A DNA stretch of 64,000 nucleotides from Minisyncoccota bacterium (GTDB taxonomy: Bacteria > Patescibacteriota > Minisyncoccia > Phycocordibacterales > PALSA-1337), in contig JBAYFZ010000002.1 of assembly GCA_041666915.1 (NCBI GenBank), positions 14,771-78,770 of the forward strand, in the 5' to 3' direction. This document shows, piece by piece, positions 30,350 to 41,891 of this stretch (position 1 is its first letter; the number at the start of each line of letters is the position of its first letter). A program made the position numbers and the translations under genes. The notes beneath the pieces are model-generated. The model searched no databases, had not been told where the DNA came from, and was given only the letters and a program-made list of their open reading frames with translations.

Positions 30350-30838
30350 TTATTGATCGTTTCCAATCAGTGACATTCCTCGGTACCAATGAAAACCGAG
30401 GCACTGCTCGTTTAAATCTAACACATGTTCCTCACCTGCGAAGTTGGCGAAGTCATTGCGTTCAATCTTGTTTACGTAAGTGAAACGTTCACCTCGAACA
30501 AACACTGGTCCGCGACCGCCGTAAAAACGACGCTCAGTGACATATGCTCTATGTAAACATGATTTCAGGAAGGGTATCGCAACATTTGTGTACCAGCCTC
30601 CGTAGTGCATAGTCCAGACAGGATCTTCTTTGTACCAAATTGTCGTAAGACCAGAACTTAGATTTGAAGATGGCGTCACAAGATAGATATCAAGTACACG
30701 GAAATCTCCAAAAACAAATGGAATTGCTTTGGAACCTGGAAACTCCGAAACCTCAATCTCTTGAACGTTTTGCGCCCAACCTACTGCCATAGCATTTAAA
30801 AAAACACCATGGACAAACTTTAATGATATTGGTTGCAT
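30350..30838 (-). CDS. DUF5680-like protein
   Basis: G.TTIWY...PVWTMHYGG, RGP...F.Y.N......F.GEE. Confidence 0.65.
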   Translation of the reverse strand: MQPISLKFVHGVFLNAMAVGWAQNVQEIEVSEFPGSKAIPFVFGDFRVLDIYLVTPSSNLSSGLTTIWYKEDPVWTMHYGGWYTNVAIPFLKSCLHRAYVTERRFYGGRGPVFVRGERFTYVNKIERNDFANFAGEEHVLDLNEQCLGFHWYRGMSLIGNDQ

Positions 30839-31003
30839 AATAACCTCTTTTCTATGTTAATTTTTATGTGTCAAAAAACTACTTACTCTCTATCTTATAT
30901 CACAAATAACTCACATGTCAAGAAGCAAATCATTCAAATATCTGCTAGAATCTCGCGTATTGCTACAAATTAGCAGCAAATATTAATAATCACTATAAAT
31001 AAC

Positions 31004-32989
31004 ATGCATTCGTCCGAAATATTCGCCCTCGTTGCTTCAATCGTCGCCATCGTCTACGGCCTATCATTGGCCGCTTCAATCATGAAGAAGCCAGCCGGTA
31101 ACGACAAGATGAAAGAGATTGCTTCCGCTATTCAAGCCGGGGCAAAAGCTTATTTAAATAGACAATACCGCACAATCACTATGATCGCTGTCGTATTGTT
31201 TATCGTCCTCTGGATTTTCCTCGGTATCCAGATTGCTCTAGGATTCGTAGTTGGTGCCGTATTATCTGCTTTGGCAGGTTATATCGGTATGAACGTCTCT
31301 GTTCGTGCAAACATCCGTACAGCCGAAGCTGCACGCAGTGGCTTGGCATCAGCCCTATCTTTGGCTTTCAAAGGTGGTGCCGTTACTGGATTACTAGTAG
31401 TTGGTCTTGCTCTTCTCGGAGTAACTGGCTTCTATGTTATTACAGGAAGTGTCGCTTCTCTCATCGGTCTAGCTTTCGGTTCAAGTTTGATTTCAGTCTT
31501 CGCCCGTTTGGGTGGAGGTATATTCACCAAAGCCGCTGACGTAGGTACAGACCTCGTTGGTAAAGTTGAAGCTGGTATTCCAGAAGATGATCCAAGAAAT
31601 CCTGGAGTTATCGCCGATAACGTAGGAGATAACGTCGGTGACTGTGCAGGTATGGCAGCTGACCTCTTTGAAACTTACGCTGTTACTACTATTGCTGTCA
31701 TGATGCTCGGTGCAACTCTATTCCAAGGTTTCAACGGTGCTCTCATGTATCCTCTTGCTATCGGTGGAGTCGCAATCTTCGCTTCTATCATCGGAACATG
31801 GTTCGTCAAACTAGGTAAATCTGGAAACATCATGGGTGCTATGTACAAAGGCCTAGTCGTTGCCGGAGTTTTGTCTGCTATTGCTTTCTACCCTGTTACA
31901 AACGTCATCATGAAGGGTAACGGTTCTTATAGTGTTCTCAATCTATTCGGCGCAACTATCATCGGTCTCTTGGTTACAGGTTTCCTCGTAGTTATCACTG
32001 AATATTACACATCAACAAAGTACAAACCTGTACAATCCATCGCCAATGCTTCTGCTTCTGGTCATGGAACAAACATCATCCAAGGTCTAGCTATCTCAAT
32101 GAAATCCACAGCTTGGCCTCTCATCACCATCGTTGCTGGTATTCTAGCTGCTTACTACTTCGCTGGACTATACGGTATCGCTGTTGCTGCTATGAGTATG
32201 CTTTCTATGGCAGGTATCATCGTTGCTATTGATGCTTACGGTCCTATCACAGACAATGCTGGAGGTATCGCTGAAATGGCAAATCTTCCACAAGCAGTTC
32301 GTGATGTTACAGATCCTCTAGATGCAGTCGGAAACACCACCAAAGCTGTCACAAAGGGCTATGCTATCGGTTCTGCTGGTCTAGCTGCTCTAGTTCTATT
32401 CGCCTCATACACAGAGGCTACCGGCGGTAATTTCGCCTTTAGTTTGAGTGATCCAAAAGTTATCGTCGGTCTCTTTATCGGAGGACTTCTACCTTACTAC
32501 TTCGCCGCTCTATGTATGGAAGCTGTAGGTAAGGCTGCTGGTAAAGTCGTTGATGAAGTTCGTCGTCAATTCCGTGAGATCCAGGGTATTATGCAAGGCA
32601 CAGCAAAGCCTGATTATGCAAAATGTGTTGACATCGTCACATCTGCAGCTATCAAGGAAATGATCGTACCAGCTCTCATCCCTGTTCTCGCTCCTATCTT
32701 GGTTGGATTTATCCTCGGACCGGTCGCTCTCGGAGGTTTGCTCGTAGGTTCTATCGTTACAGGACTATTCGTAGCCATCTCTATGACATCAGGAGGAGGT
32801 GCTTGGGATAATGCAAAGAAACATATTGAACAAGGTAATCATGGAGGAAAAGGTTCTGACGCTCACAAGGCAGCAGTTACCGGTGATACTGTCGGCGATC
32901 CTTACAAGGATACAGCTGGTCCAGCTATCAACCCAATGATCAAGATCTTGAACATTGTCGCTCTATTGATCGTCGCTTTCTTGATGTAA
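31004..32989 (+). CDS. hppA: Membrane H+-translocating pyrophosphatase, K+-independent type
   Basis: [31 protein letters not shown]; GNTTKA (Lys) marks K+ independence. Confidence 0.96.
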   Translation: MHSSEIFALVASIVAIVYGLSLAASIMKKPAGNDKMKEIASAIQAGAKAYLNRQYRTITMIAVVLFIVLWIFLGIQIALGFVVGAVLSALAGYIGMNVSVRANIRTAEAARSGLASALSLAFKGGAVTGLLVVGLALLGVTGFYVITGSVASLIGLAFGSSLISVFARLGGGIFTKAADVGTDLVGKVEAGIPEDDPRNPGVIADNVGDNVGDCAGMAADLFETYAVTTIAVMMLGATLFQGFNGALMYPLAIGGVAIFASIIGTWFVKLGKSGNIMGAMYKGLVVAGVLSAIAFYPVTNVIMKGNGSYSVLNLFGATIIGLLVTGFLVVITEYYTSTKYKPVQSIANASASGHGTNIIQGLAISMKSTAWPLITIVAGILAAYYFAGLYGIAVAAMSMLSMAGIIVAIDAYGPITDNAGGIAEMANLPQAVRDVTDPLDAVGNTTKAVTKGYAIGSAGLAALVLFASYTEATGGNFAFSLSDPKVIVGLFIGGLLPYYFAALCMEAVGKAAGKVVDEVRRQFREIQGIMQGTAKPDYAKCVDIVTSAAIKEMIVPALIPVLAPILVGFILGPVALGGLLVGSIVTGLFVAISMTSGGGAWDNAKKHIEQGNHGGKGSDAHKAAVTGDTVGDPYKDTAGPAINPMIKILNIVALLIVAFLM

Positions 32990-33114
32990 TCTTACTTACA
33001 ACTAGAATTAACAAAAAACTGTATGCACAGCGCATGCAGTTTTTTGTTTTCAACCATGGTAGAATAGTTCTCATCGTTAACAATTGTAATTACAATAATA
33101 TATACAAATATAAT

Positions 33115-33936
33115 ATGAAAAAAGATCCCATTTATTCAAAAACCCTCAAAACAGTAACTATCCTAACTATTGCGATTTTCACAGTTTTATTGATCAACAA
33201 TCATGCAACGAAGGCTCAAACTATCGTTGATACAACTTCCGCAACAAGTATTGGTAATACCCTAAATGGTGTCCCAGCCACTAATACAGCGAATATCAGA
33301 GAGAAGCTCCGTGCTGATCTTGAGTCAAAAGCTCAAAACCTCAAAATCAATCAGGAAACCAGAAATATCTTGACAGAGAAACGTATTTCAGCGACAACCT
33401 CATCTGTTTCCAATAATTCTACTTCACCACGAATCGTAAATACGATAAATAAGCCACCTCAAAATCCAGCAGAATTAAAAGCTCGTCTAGAAAACGAGAG
33501 ACGTCTAGGGGCTTCTACAACACCTATGATGCGTCGCGATGGTCAAGAAGATGAACGAACTACTATTCGTCAAAAGAAGGAGAATGTTGCCAAGCAACTT
33601 GAAGTTGCTGTCAAAAATCTAACAGAATTACGTAAACGCATTGGTTCTAGAATAGAAAAAGACCAACAAAGTGGTAGAGATATGACAAAAGCAAAACAAC
33701 TTTTAGGTATTGCTGATACAAAGTTGATTCAATTAAAAACTTCAATGGATACTTTAAAAGCTTACTCTACAGCTTCAACAACAGATTCCACCAACTTGGA
33801 TTCAGCACGAAAACTTATAAATGATGTTCAAAAGACTATAAAATACACTCATCAATCTTTAAATGATGTAGTTGTTGCGATTGCTCAGGCAATGGGATTG
33901 AAAAATGGCACGGCTTCTTCTACAACAGCACAATAA
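33115..33936 (+). CDS. Secreted helical/coiled-coil hypothetical protein
   Basis: Signal-peptide-like start (MKKDP...TKAQ), ASTT linkers. Confidence 0.7.
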   Translation: MKKDPIYSKTLKTVTILTIAIFTVLLINNHATKAQTIVDTTSATSIGNTLNGVPATNTANIREKLRADLESKAQNLKINQETRNILTEKRISATTSSVSNNSTSPRIVNTINKPPQNPAELKARLENERRLGASTTPMMRRDGQEDERTTIRQKKENVAKQLEVAVKNLTELRKRIGSRIEKDQQSGRDMTKAKQLLGIADTKLIQLKTSMDTLKAYSTASTTDSTNLDSARKLINDVQKTIKYTHQSLNDVVVAIAQAMGLKNGTASSTTAQ

Positions 33937-33973
33937 TTAATAACCCACATAATTAACAATTTTTAATAAAAAC

Positions 33974-34465
33974 ATGGAACCAATACAAAAACAGTACGTA
34001 CCAAGTCAACCAGCTCCAACGCCAACACCAGCACCAGTACCAGCTCCAACACCAGTTCAGCCCTCAACCCCAGTCCAACCATTTACAGCCCCAGCACCAA
34101 TCCGACCTTCAACTCCGATTCAACAGCCTACTCCAACAAATACCGTTCCACCTATTTACACTGCAAATAATGGAAATGTAGTAAAAAATACCCCAAAGAA
34201 AGTTGGACCTATTGTTGCCGGACTTGTGGTCATTATCATTTTGATAGTTGTTGCTTTGTATATACTAGCTTCAAGAGTAAATCAGCAATCTACACCAGTA
34301 GATAATACAACAGCAATAAACGACCTCATTTCAACAGATACAACACCTGTAGTCACCGAGACTCCAGCGGAAATCAAGCCTGTAACAGGAACATCAGACG
34401 ATCTCCAATCTCTCCAAGCAGATCTAGACACTTCCATTGAAGGTGTTGACGCTCAAAGTATTTAA
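33974..34465 (+). CDS. Pro/Thr-rich single-pass membrane protein
   Basis: PAPTP repeats and one transmembrane helix. Confidence 0.7.
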   Translation: MEPIQKQYVPSQPAPTPTPAPVPAPTPVQPSTPVQPFTAPAPIRPSTPIQQPTPTNTVPPIYTANNGNVVKNTPKKVGPIVAGLVVIIILIVVALYILASRVNQQSTPVDNTTAINDLISTDTTPVVTETPAEIKPVTGTSDDLQSLQADLDTSIEGVDAQSI

Positions 34466-34522
34466 CAACCTTACTCTCTCGTTACCGTTAAAAAATCCTT
34501 TGCAAGTTTGCAAGGGATTTTT

Positions 34523-34724
34523 TAGTGCCACAATCGCAAGAACATTCCTTTTGAAAACCTGCGAGACTCGCTCCGTTTATTTTCTAAGTAAAATGCTCAG
34601 GAATTACGGAGGACTAATCGTCCTCTCGTAATTCCAAGGACATTCGCATTTTACTAAGAAACTAAAACTGCGCTCAGACAGGTTCTCGGTTTTCAAGAGG
34701 AATGTTCTTGCGATTGTGGCACTA
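34523..34724. repeat. Palindromic intergenic repeat family B, copy 1
   Basis: 166-bp core (34541-34706) differs at 5 positions from 58117-58282; ACTCGCTCC...GCGCTCAGACA motif. Confidence 0.9.
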
Positions 34725-34771
34725 CCATCAACACCTTGCCAACTTGTCCCCTATTCGTTAGACTGGCTTTC

Positions 34772-35887
34772 ATGACAAATAAATCTTCAACCCCAAAAGA
34801 AGCGGTGAAATCATATAGCACCGCTGTTACAAAGAGTTTGGCCAAATCTCAAATTGAGATAAGTGCTTCCATACCTACCGAGGTTTGGGAAAAATTCCGT
34901 AAGCAAGCATTAAAAAATATAAATGAATCTGTCACTGTAGATGGATTTCGTAAGGGTATGGTTCCAGAAAACGTACTTGTTTCCAAAGTCGGTGAATCAG
35001 CTGTGAACGAAGAAATGGCAGAACTTGCCCTTTCAAAAGCTTATATTGAAATTCTGATTGATAATAAAATAGACGCTATCGGTAGACCTCAAGTTCAGAT
35101 TACCAAACTAGCAAAAGGTAACCCTATAGAATTCAAAGCTATCACTGCCATCGTCCCAGTCGTCACATTACCTGATTACAAAAAGATTGCTGAGAAAGAA
35201 GTAAAGAAGGACTCCAAGAATGAAATCAAAGTTGAAGAAAAAGATATTGAAGATGCTATCTTGAAAGTTAGAAAGTCTCACGCTTCTCATGAAGGTCATG
35301 ATCACAAGAAAATGTCTCCAGAGGAACACGAAAAAGCTATTATGGATTCCCTACCAGAATTCAATGATGAATTTGTAAGATCTTTGGGAGAATTCAAAGA
35401 CATAGCTGAATTCAAAGAAAAAATCCGTGAGATGATCGGTTTAAATAAAAAAGATGAAGCTCGTGAAAAACTTCGCATTCGTATAGCTGATGCTCTATCA
35501 GATGCAACAACTATTGAAATACCTGACATCATGATCGAAACCGAACTCAATCGTACTCAAGGTCAATTTGAAGATGACATAGAACGCATGGGTGTAAAAC
35601 TAGAAGATTATTTGAAGCATGCAAAAAAGACCATAGAAGAAATAAGAAAAGAATGGTTACCTCATGCCGAGAAGAAAGCAAAACTACAACTTATCTTGAA
35701 TGCCATTTCAGATGCCGAGAAAATAAAACCTGATCAAAAAGAGATTGAGGCCGAAGTTGCTCATATAGTAGAACACTACAAAGATGCTGATAAAGAAAGA
35801 GCTGCTGTATACGCAGATACAGTTCTAACAAATGAAAAAGTCTTTCAGATGTTAGAAAAATCTGGGGAAAAAGAAAGCAAGAAATAA
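34772..35887 (+). CDS. tig: Trigger factor (PPIase domain absent)
   Basis: VDGFRKGMVP ribosome-binding motif; short protein lacking an FKBP segment. Confidence 0.9.
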   Translation: MTNKSSTPKEAVKSYSTAVTKSLAKSQIEISASIPTEVWEKFRKQALKNINESVTVDGFRKGMVPENVLVSKVGESAVNEEMAELALSKAYIEILIDNKIDAIGRPQVQITKLAKGNPIEFKAITAIVPVVTLPDYKKIAEKEVKKDSKNEIKVEEKDIEDAILKVRKSHASHEGHDHKKMSPEEHEKAIMDSLPEFNDEFVRSLGEFKDIAEFKEKIREMIGLNKKDEAREKLRIRIADALSDATTIEIPDIMIETELNRTQGQFEDDIERMGVKLEDYLKHAKKTIEEIRKEWLPHAEKKAKLQLILNAISDAEKIKPDQKEIEAEVAHIVEHYKDADKERAAVYADTVLTNEKVFQMLEKSGEKESKK

Positions 35888-35893
35888 TAAATA

Positions 35894-35930
35894 CAAAAAA
35901 ACACCCTGAACTTGTCAGGGTGTTTTTTTG
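35894..35930. terminator. Bidirectional terminator between tig and rsmE
   Basis: CAAAAAAACACCCTGA-N5-TCAGGGTGTTTTTTTG. Confidence 0.8.
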
Positions 35931-35958
35931 TGAAACTTACTACCTGATGAAATTACTA

Positions 35959-36681
35959 TTACTCAAGCACTACCCTGGAAAGGGCAGCAATGACAGCGGT
36001 TTCTGATCGTAGAACTTGATTACCTAGACAGACTATGTCCATATTATTTTTGTGAAACAGCTCAATTTCCTTTTCAGACCAACCTCCTTCTGGACCAATG
36101 AAAATTCCAACTAAACTAGTCTTTACGGCATTATTCGTTAACTGGTAAGTCGCAAAATTCAAACCTTCTGTATGAAAAACCAAACGCTTTAAATTCACAG
36201 TACCAGACGTCGCAAGAATCACATCTTCCAACTTCATAATTTGACCAATTGTTGGGACATCACTTCTACCACTTTGTTCACTAGCTTCAATTGCAATTTT
36301 TTTCAAACGTTCTTCATTCAAAGATTTCTTCTCACTACGTTCTGCCATAACAGGAATAATATGAGTTACACCCAACTCTGTAGCTTTCTCAACAATCCAT
36401 TCAAAATTATCTTTCTTAACGAGAGCCTGATAAAGATAAACTTCTCTCTTTGGTACAAAGCGACTTGGTTCTGATTTTATAACTTTCAAAGCAACGGCTT
36501 CTTTCTCTAGACCAACAATCTCACATTCAAAATCAAGACCAGATCCGTCAAAGGTAATTACCATATCACCTTTCTTCAAACGAAAAACTCGCTGAATCTG
36601 ATTTACCAATTCAACAGAGTTTACCGTGATTTCGGTTTTGACACCGATTTTTTCTGAAATGTAAAAACGATGGAGTCTCAT
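35959..36681 (-). CDS. rsmE: 16S rRNA m3U1498 methyltransferase
   Basis: KATELGV, EASEQSGR, IGPEGG, LRSETA. Confidence 0.95.
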   Translation of the reverse strand: MRLHRFYISEKIGVKTEITVNSVELVNQIQRVFRLKKGDMVITFDGSGLDFECEIVGLEKEAVALKVIKSEPSRFVPKREVYLYQALVKKDNFEWIVEKATELGVTHIIPVMAERSEKKSLNEERLKKIAIEASEQSGRSDVPTIGQIMKLEDVILATSGTVNLKRLVFHTEGLNFATYQLTNNAVKTSLVGIFIGPEGGWSEKEIELFHKNNMDIVCLGNQVLRSETAVIAALSRVVLE

Positions 36682-36708
36682 GATTTCAATATTTCAATTA
36701 TAACTGTA

Positions 36709-36831
36709 AAGACTTGGAAATTTGAATGCGATTCTAGGAGCAAGCGAGGCTTGTGACTAGGCTGTATGAATAATACTGCCTAGTCACAAACGAGTGAAGC
36801 GACAACGAAGCGCGTCAAATTTACAAGTCTT
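36709..36831. repeat. Palindromic intergenic repeat family A, copy 2
   Basis: Core identical to copy 1; different self-complementary outer arms. Confidence 0.9.
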
Positions 36832-37411
36832 ACTTCTTGACTGATGTAACCTGATCGACTAACCCATACTTCTTAGCTTCTTCTGCGTCCATGAAGAAAT
36901 CGCGATCAACATCCTTTTCAATCTTCGCCAAAGTCTGACCTGTATTTTTTGCAAGAATCTTATTCAACATCAAGCGAGTCTTCAAAATATGTTTTGCACT
37001 GATCTCAATATCAGAAGCCTGACCTTCTGCACCACCCAAAGGCTGGTGAATCATAACTTCAGAATTTGGTAAGGCTATACGCTTTCCTTTTGTACCAGCA
37101 GAGAGAACTAAGGCTGCACCCGATGCCGCAAGGCCAACACAAACTGTAGAAATATCATTTTTAATATGTTGCATCGTATCTATGATAGCCAAAGTCGCTG
37201 TTACAGAACCGCCAGGAGAATTTACATAAAGAGAAATCTCTTTCTTTGGATCTTCGGATTGTAAGAATAGAAGCTGAGCAATTACCAAGTTGGCAGTATG
37301 GTCATCTATAGGCCCGCCAAGAAAAATGATGCTATCTTTTAGCAAACGAGAATATATATCATAAGCGCGCTCTCCAAAACTTGATTTTTCTATTACTGTT
37401 GGTATTAACAT
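36830..37411 (-). CDS. clpP: ATP-dependent Clp protease proteolytic subunit
   Basis: [29 protein letters not shown]. Confidence 0.98.
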   Translation of the reverse strand: MLIPTVIEKSSFGERAYDIYSRLLKDSIIFLGGPIDDHTANLVIAQLLFLQSEDPKKEISLYVNSPGGSVTATLAIIDTMQHIKNDISTVCVGLAASGAALVLSAGTKGKRIALPNSEVMIHQPLGGAEGQASDIEISAKHILKTRLMLNKILAKNTGQTLAKIEKDVDRDFFMDAEEAKKYGLVDQVTSVKK

Positions 37412-37681
37412 GGTTTTATATGGTTACTATATGATTCTGTATAATTATTTGGCTTTATTGACATACGATACATCATGTGACATCTTTTTTCAAGTACGAA
37501 AAACTAGACAACTGCCCTCCTCTGTTATAAGATACAATTGTTACTAAATTTTAATTTTGATACCGTTTTTTCCGAACTTGGCGTGACGTTCAAACTTATG
37601 AAACAACTTACAATTCAGATCCAGCTAAAAACTCATATGTTACTTTCACAATAGTTCGCAAAAGGCGGATCCAATCCGTAT

Positions 37682-39211
37682 ATGTCACTCAAACTAGTCG
37701 CACTTTACCTCTCCATCGCCGGAGTTGTCGGTGTGGCTGTCGGATATTATCTACGACTGATCATCTCATTGGGCAAAAAGGGTTCTATGGAACTTGAGAT
37801 CAAGGAAATGCTCCTTGCTGCCAAAGAGGAAGCAAAAAAGATCACCGCTGATACCGAAGCCAAAGCCGCCAAAATTCACGACGATGCAAAGATAGAGATC
37901 AAAGAGAAAGAAGATAAGATTCATCAAACCGAAGATCGTCTCGTAAAACGAGAGGATTTATTGGACAAACGTCAGTCAGATCTAGACAAAGAAGTAGAAA
38001 TGATCAAGCAACGCGTGGCTGAAATAAAGGCTATTCGTGAAAAAGCCGACAAAATGGAAGAAGATCGTAAGTCTGCTCTAGAGAAAATAGCAAAATTAAC
38101 GTCAGAAGAAGCCAAAGAACAACTCATCAAGCTCGTAGAAAAACAATCCGAAGAAGACTTGCTTGTTCGTATGAATAAGTTAGATACTCATGGCGAAGAA
38201 ATGTTAGATCAAAAAGCTCGAGATATTTTGGCTATATCTATCCAACGTCTTGCTTCATCAGTTGCTCAAGATGTCATGTCTACTTCCGTAGAGATTCCTA
38301 GTGATGATGTCAAAGGTAAAATCATCGGTAAAGAAGGTCGTAATATCAAAGCTTTTGAACGTATCACCGGTGTTGAAGTCATGGTTGATGATACTCCAGG
38401 AGCTATTACTATTTCATCATTTGATCCAGTTCGCCGTCATATCGCAAGAATAGCTCTTTCAGAACTCATCAAAGATGGTCGTATTCAACCAGCCAAGATT
38501 GAACAGGTTGTAGAAAAAGCCAAACAAGATATCAATAAAACCATAAAGGAAAAGGGTGAACAAGCTGCTTATGATTGCGGTATTATAGGATTAGACCCTA
38601 GAATTCTCCTTATTCTAGGCCGTCTCCATTTCCGTACTAGTTACGGTCAAAATGTCTTGCAACACTCCATAGAAATGGCACACATCGCAGGTATGATAGC
38701 CGAAGAACTAGGTGCCAATGTTCAAGTTGCAAAGGCTGGTGCTCTTCTACACGATCTAGGTAAAGCTCTAGACCATGAAGTTGCTGGTACTCACGTAGAC
38801 ATTGGTCGTCGTATCTTGCAAAAGTTTGGTGCATCAGAAGAGATCATCAAAGCTATGCAAGCTCATCATGAGGAATATCCTTACGAAACAGTTGAATCTC
38901 GTATCGTCCAAACTGCCGATGCAATTTCCGGAGCTCGTCCCGGTGCTCGTCGTGATAACATTGAAAATTATTTGAAGAGACTCGGCGATCTAGAAGCTCT
39001 AGCTAATTCATTCCCTGGTATTGAAAAATCTTACGCTCTACAAGCTGGCCGTGAAATAAGAATATTCGTTAAGCCAGAAGAGATCAATGATGTCGCAGCC
39101 AAGGAATTAGCTCGCAATATAGCCCTCAAAATAGAAAAAGACTTGAAATATCCTGGTGAAATCAAAGTTACTATCATCAGAGAAACAAGGACTATTGAGT
39201 TCGCTAGGTAA
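37682..39211 (+). CDS. rny: Ribonuclease Y
   Basis: N-terminal TM, coiled coil, KGKIIGKEGRNI KH domain, LLHDLGK HD domain, ISGARPGARR. Confidence 0.98.
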   Translation: MSLKLVALYLSIAGVVGVAVGYYLRLIISLGKKGSMELEIKEMLLAAKEEAKKITADTEAKAAKIHDDAKIEIKEKEDKIHQTEDRLVKREDLLDKRQSDLDKEVEMIKQRVAEIKAIREKADKMEEDRKSALEKIAKLTSEEAKEQLIKLVEKQSEEDLLVRMNKLDTHGEEMLDQKARDILAISIQRLASSVAQDVMSTSVEIPSDDVKGKIIGKEGRNIKAFERITGVEVMVDDTPGAITISSFDPVRRHIARIALSELIKDGRIQPAKIEQVVEKAKQDINKTIKEKGEQAAYDCGIIGLDPRILLILGRLHFRTSYGQNVLQHSIEMAHIAGMIAEELGANVQVAKAGALLHDLGKALDHEVAGTHVDIGRRILQKFGASEEIIKAMQAHHEEYPYETVESRIVQTADAISGARPGARRDNIENYLKRLGDLEALANSFPGIEKSYALQAGREIRIFVKPEEINDVAAKELARNIALKIEKDLKYPGEIKVTIIRETRTIEFAR

Positions 39212-39295
39212 AAAACGAGGTCCGACCTCACAGAAAAATACCCCTAGAAAATCATTCTTCGGGTATTTTTTGTGAAAAAATGGTATAATATAGCA

Positions 39296-39493
39296 ATGAA
39301 TAAGCATTGGTCAGTTGATGAAAAAGAACTTGTCAAGAATCCAGAGGCACATACCATCTGGAAGCTTGAGCAACGTATAAACTGGGGTATCGGTGAGAAA
39401 ATCATGAGTAAAGTTGATTTACTTAAATTCTGGGATCGCCTAGATATAGATCCTTGGAAACGCAAGGCTCTCGCTCTTGCATTATTTGCATAA
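39296..39493 (+). CDS. Small protein paired with the AbiEii-like nucleotidyltransferase (putative antitoxin)
   Basis: MNKHWSVDE...LEQRINWG; TGGTATAAT directly upstream. Confidence 0.65.
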   Translation: MNKHWSVDEKELVKNPEAHTIWKLEQRINWGIGEKIMSKVDLLKFWDRLDIDPWKRKALALALFA

Positions 39494-39511
39494 TTTCTAG
39501 CTTACATAAAC

Positions 39512-40171
39512 ATGCAGTCAATTCTCTCCAAGAATCAACAGAATTTGCTTTCAATTCTTGCCAAAGAAAGCCTGATAACCGACAATTTCTATTTAACTGG
39601 CGGTACCGCTTTGACAGAATTTTATCTCCACCATCGCCTATCTGAAGACTTGGATTTCTTTTCCGAAAATGAATTTGATCCACAAGCTATTTCTACACTA
39701 TTTAAGAAAATCCAGAAAAGTGCTGGTATTAAAAAAGTCTCCTATGAGCAAAGCTTTAATAGAAACCTATTCTTTTTAGAATTGGAAAATGACTCTATAA
39801 AGACAGAATTCACCTATTTCCCTTTTGCAAGAATTGACCTCAAGCAAAAACTGGATGATTTATCAGTTGATAGTTTACTAGATATTGCCGTAAATAAGGT
39901 TTTTACCATATACCAAAAACCTCGTTCTCGTGATTTCATTGATTTATACTGCATATTGCAAGAGAAAAAGGACTGGACGATTGATGATCTAGCCAAAAAG
40001 GCTCAAGTAAAATTTGATAATTTCATTGATCCCCTACAGCTTGCCGCGCAATTCGTCAAATGCCAAGAATTGAAAGATTACCCTACGATGATTAAAAAGA
40101 TTGATGAAAAAGACTGGCAATCATTTTTTATGAATGAAGCCAAAAGACTTTCAAGTGGTGAGGTAAGGTAG
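39512..40171 (+). CDS. AbiEii/AbiGii-family nucleotidyltransferase
   Basis: FYLTGGTAL...HRLSEDLDFF, NK.....R.RDFIDLY. Confidence 0.9.
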   Translation: MQSILSKNQQNLLSILAKESLITDNFYLTGGTALTEFYLHHRLSEDLDFFSENEFDPQAISTLFKKIQKSAGIKKVSYEQSFNRNLFFLELENDSIKTEFTYFPFARIDLKQKLDDLSVDSLLDIAVNKVFTIYQKPRSRDFIDLYCILQEKKDWTIDDLAKKAQVKFDNFIDPLQLAAQFVKCQELKDYPTMIKKIDEKDWQSFFMNEAKRLSSGEVR

Positions 40172-40374
40172 GTACTAATATTTTACTTTTTAAATTTAAT
40201 TCAAAAAAATTCAAGAACAAATTGGCTATATATGTCAATAGTATAACTCCTGTTGCTTATAATACGGCTTACTATATAATTATAGCCACGGTTCGAGACT
40301 CGTCCCGCTCTCCTCTCGGAGATAGTGGTGCGGGGCGGGACCAGTTAGTAATTTATTAAGTAATAAAAACAACT

Positions 40375-40647
40375 ATGAACAAAGCAGGTATTGTAGATGC
40401 AGTTCACGCAATCCTCGGAGGAACCAAGGTTCAAGCCGAGCAAGCAGTCGAGACAGCCATTAATAGCATCATTGATTCACTCAAGAAGGGTGATGAAGTA
40501 TCTATCGCAGGTCTCGGTATCTTCTCAGTAAAACAGCGTGCAGCTCGCGAAGCTCGCAATCCTCGCACGGGTGAGGCCATCAAGGTCCCAGCTATGAAGG
40601 TTCCAAAGTTCCGCGCCGCAAAGGCCCTCAAGGACGCAGTTAAATAG
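40375..40647 (+). CDS. hup: DNA-binding protein HU
   Basis: MNKA..V, RAAREARNPRTGE, PKFRAAKALKDAV. Confidence 0.97.
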   Translation: MNKAGIVDAVHAILGGTKVQAEQAVETAINSIIDSLKKGDEVSIAGLGIFSVKQRAAREARNPRTGEAIKVPAMKVPKFRAAKALKDAVK

Positions 40648-40814
40648 TAGCTCTGTAAGGCTATTACAAACAAACTCAATAGGATCACCAAAAGTCTTCT
40701 TATTGTTATCGAACAAAAGACCGCCTTAACAGCGGTTTTTTGTTTGTACAGTTGACTTTACGGATACAATCGTATACAAACGAATATAAGCAATAAATCA
40801 AAACGTAATTTTCC

Positions 40815-41891
40815 CTATTGGGTTTTGATTGTTAGATTCCTAATCACGGCTTCCAACTTTTTACTATTACCATGACTTATCAACCCTAAATAGGACTGCA
40901 CTGTAGCTGATTTACCGTTACATGATTGTAATTTTCGAAACATTCTCCTTTTAGCACTTGTCCGCAGAACACGGTGGTCAGGAAAATTGATCCACCCAAG
41001 ATAATCGTTACCGGAAGCAATCGTACGTATAGAGACTTTTTTTGGATGTAGCTGGAGTATTAATCTATTCTTCAGAAAATCAGTGATCTTTTGAATAATT
41101 TGGTATAGCCAAGTTCGGTCAGGTGACAAAATTACAAAATCATCAGCATAACGGATATAATATTTCGCTTTTATTTTATGTTTCATATACTGATCAAATT
41201 CATTCATATATATGTTCACCAGCAACTGCGAAGTAAGATTGCCAAGTGGTAGACCGACACCTTTTCCAGTTGAAGAAAAACTATGCACGATTTCTGAGAT
41301 AAGAGCAACGATATCCTTATCTGGAATATACGTTTCAAGAATCTGAAGCAAGTTTCGCTGATCAATCGAGGCAAAGAATTTACGTATGTCGCATTTGAGC
41401 ACCCAAGCAGTTCGAGTATGGTTATGAGTGACTTTATTGGAGAAAACCATAAATCTATTGACGGCTTTATGTGTCCCCTTTCTCAACCGGCAAGAGTATG
41501 AGTCAGATATGAATGTCTTATCAAAAAATGTGTAAAGTATTCGATAGATGGCATGATGTAATAGTCTGTCACGAACAGTGGCTTTGTGTATGTCTCTCGG
41601 CTTGGGATCATTGATTTTAAATGCTTCATATGGCGAATGCTTGTAATTCCTATTTGTAAGATCCAGATGCAATGAAATCACATTACTCATCAAGTCACGT
41701 TCAAATTCCTGAACATCTTTTCTTGATTGCTTACCTTTCTTAAATTCTTTCCAAGCCAAAAGAAGATTTTCGATAGAAATGATATCATCATAGGTATGAT
41801 TAGATCTGATTCGTCGCAAACTATGAAAGCCCCCCCCAACCGGATTTTGCCGGTCTTGAATAATGTCAAAAATGCTTATTTGTTGTGGCAT
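40815..41891 (-). CDS. DGR reverse transcriptase
   Basis: DPKPRDI, RDRLLHHA, KGTH, LKCDIRKFFASID, GLPLGNLTSQ, YIRYADDF, YLG; start uncertain (41903, 41891 or TTG 41819). Confidence 0.95.
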   Translation of the reverse strand: MPQQISIFDIIQDRQNPVGGGFHSLRRIRSNHTYDDIISIENLLLAWKEFKKGKQSRKDVQEFERDLMSNVISLHLDLTNRNYKHSPYEAFKINDPKPRDIHKATVRDRLLHHAIYRILYTFFDKTFISDSYSCRLRKGTHKAVNRFMVFSNKVTHNHTRTAWVLKCDIRKFFASIDQRNLLQILETYIPDKDIVALISEIVHSFSSTGKGVGLPLGNLTSQLLVNIYMNEFDQYMKHKIKAKYYIRYADDFVILSPDRTWLYQIIQKITDFLKNRLILQLHPKKVSIRTIASGNDYLGWINFPDHRVLRTSAKRRMFRKLQSCNGKSATVQSYLGLISHGNSKKLEAVIRNLTIKTQ

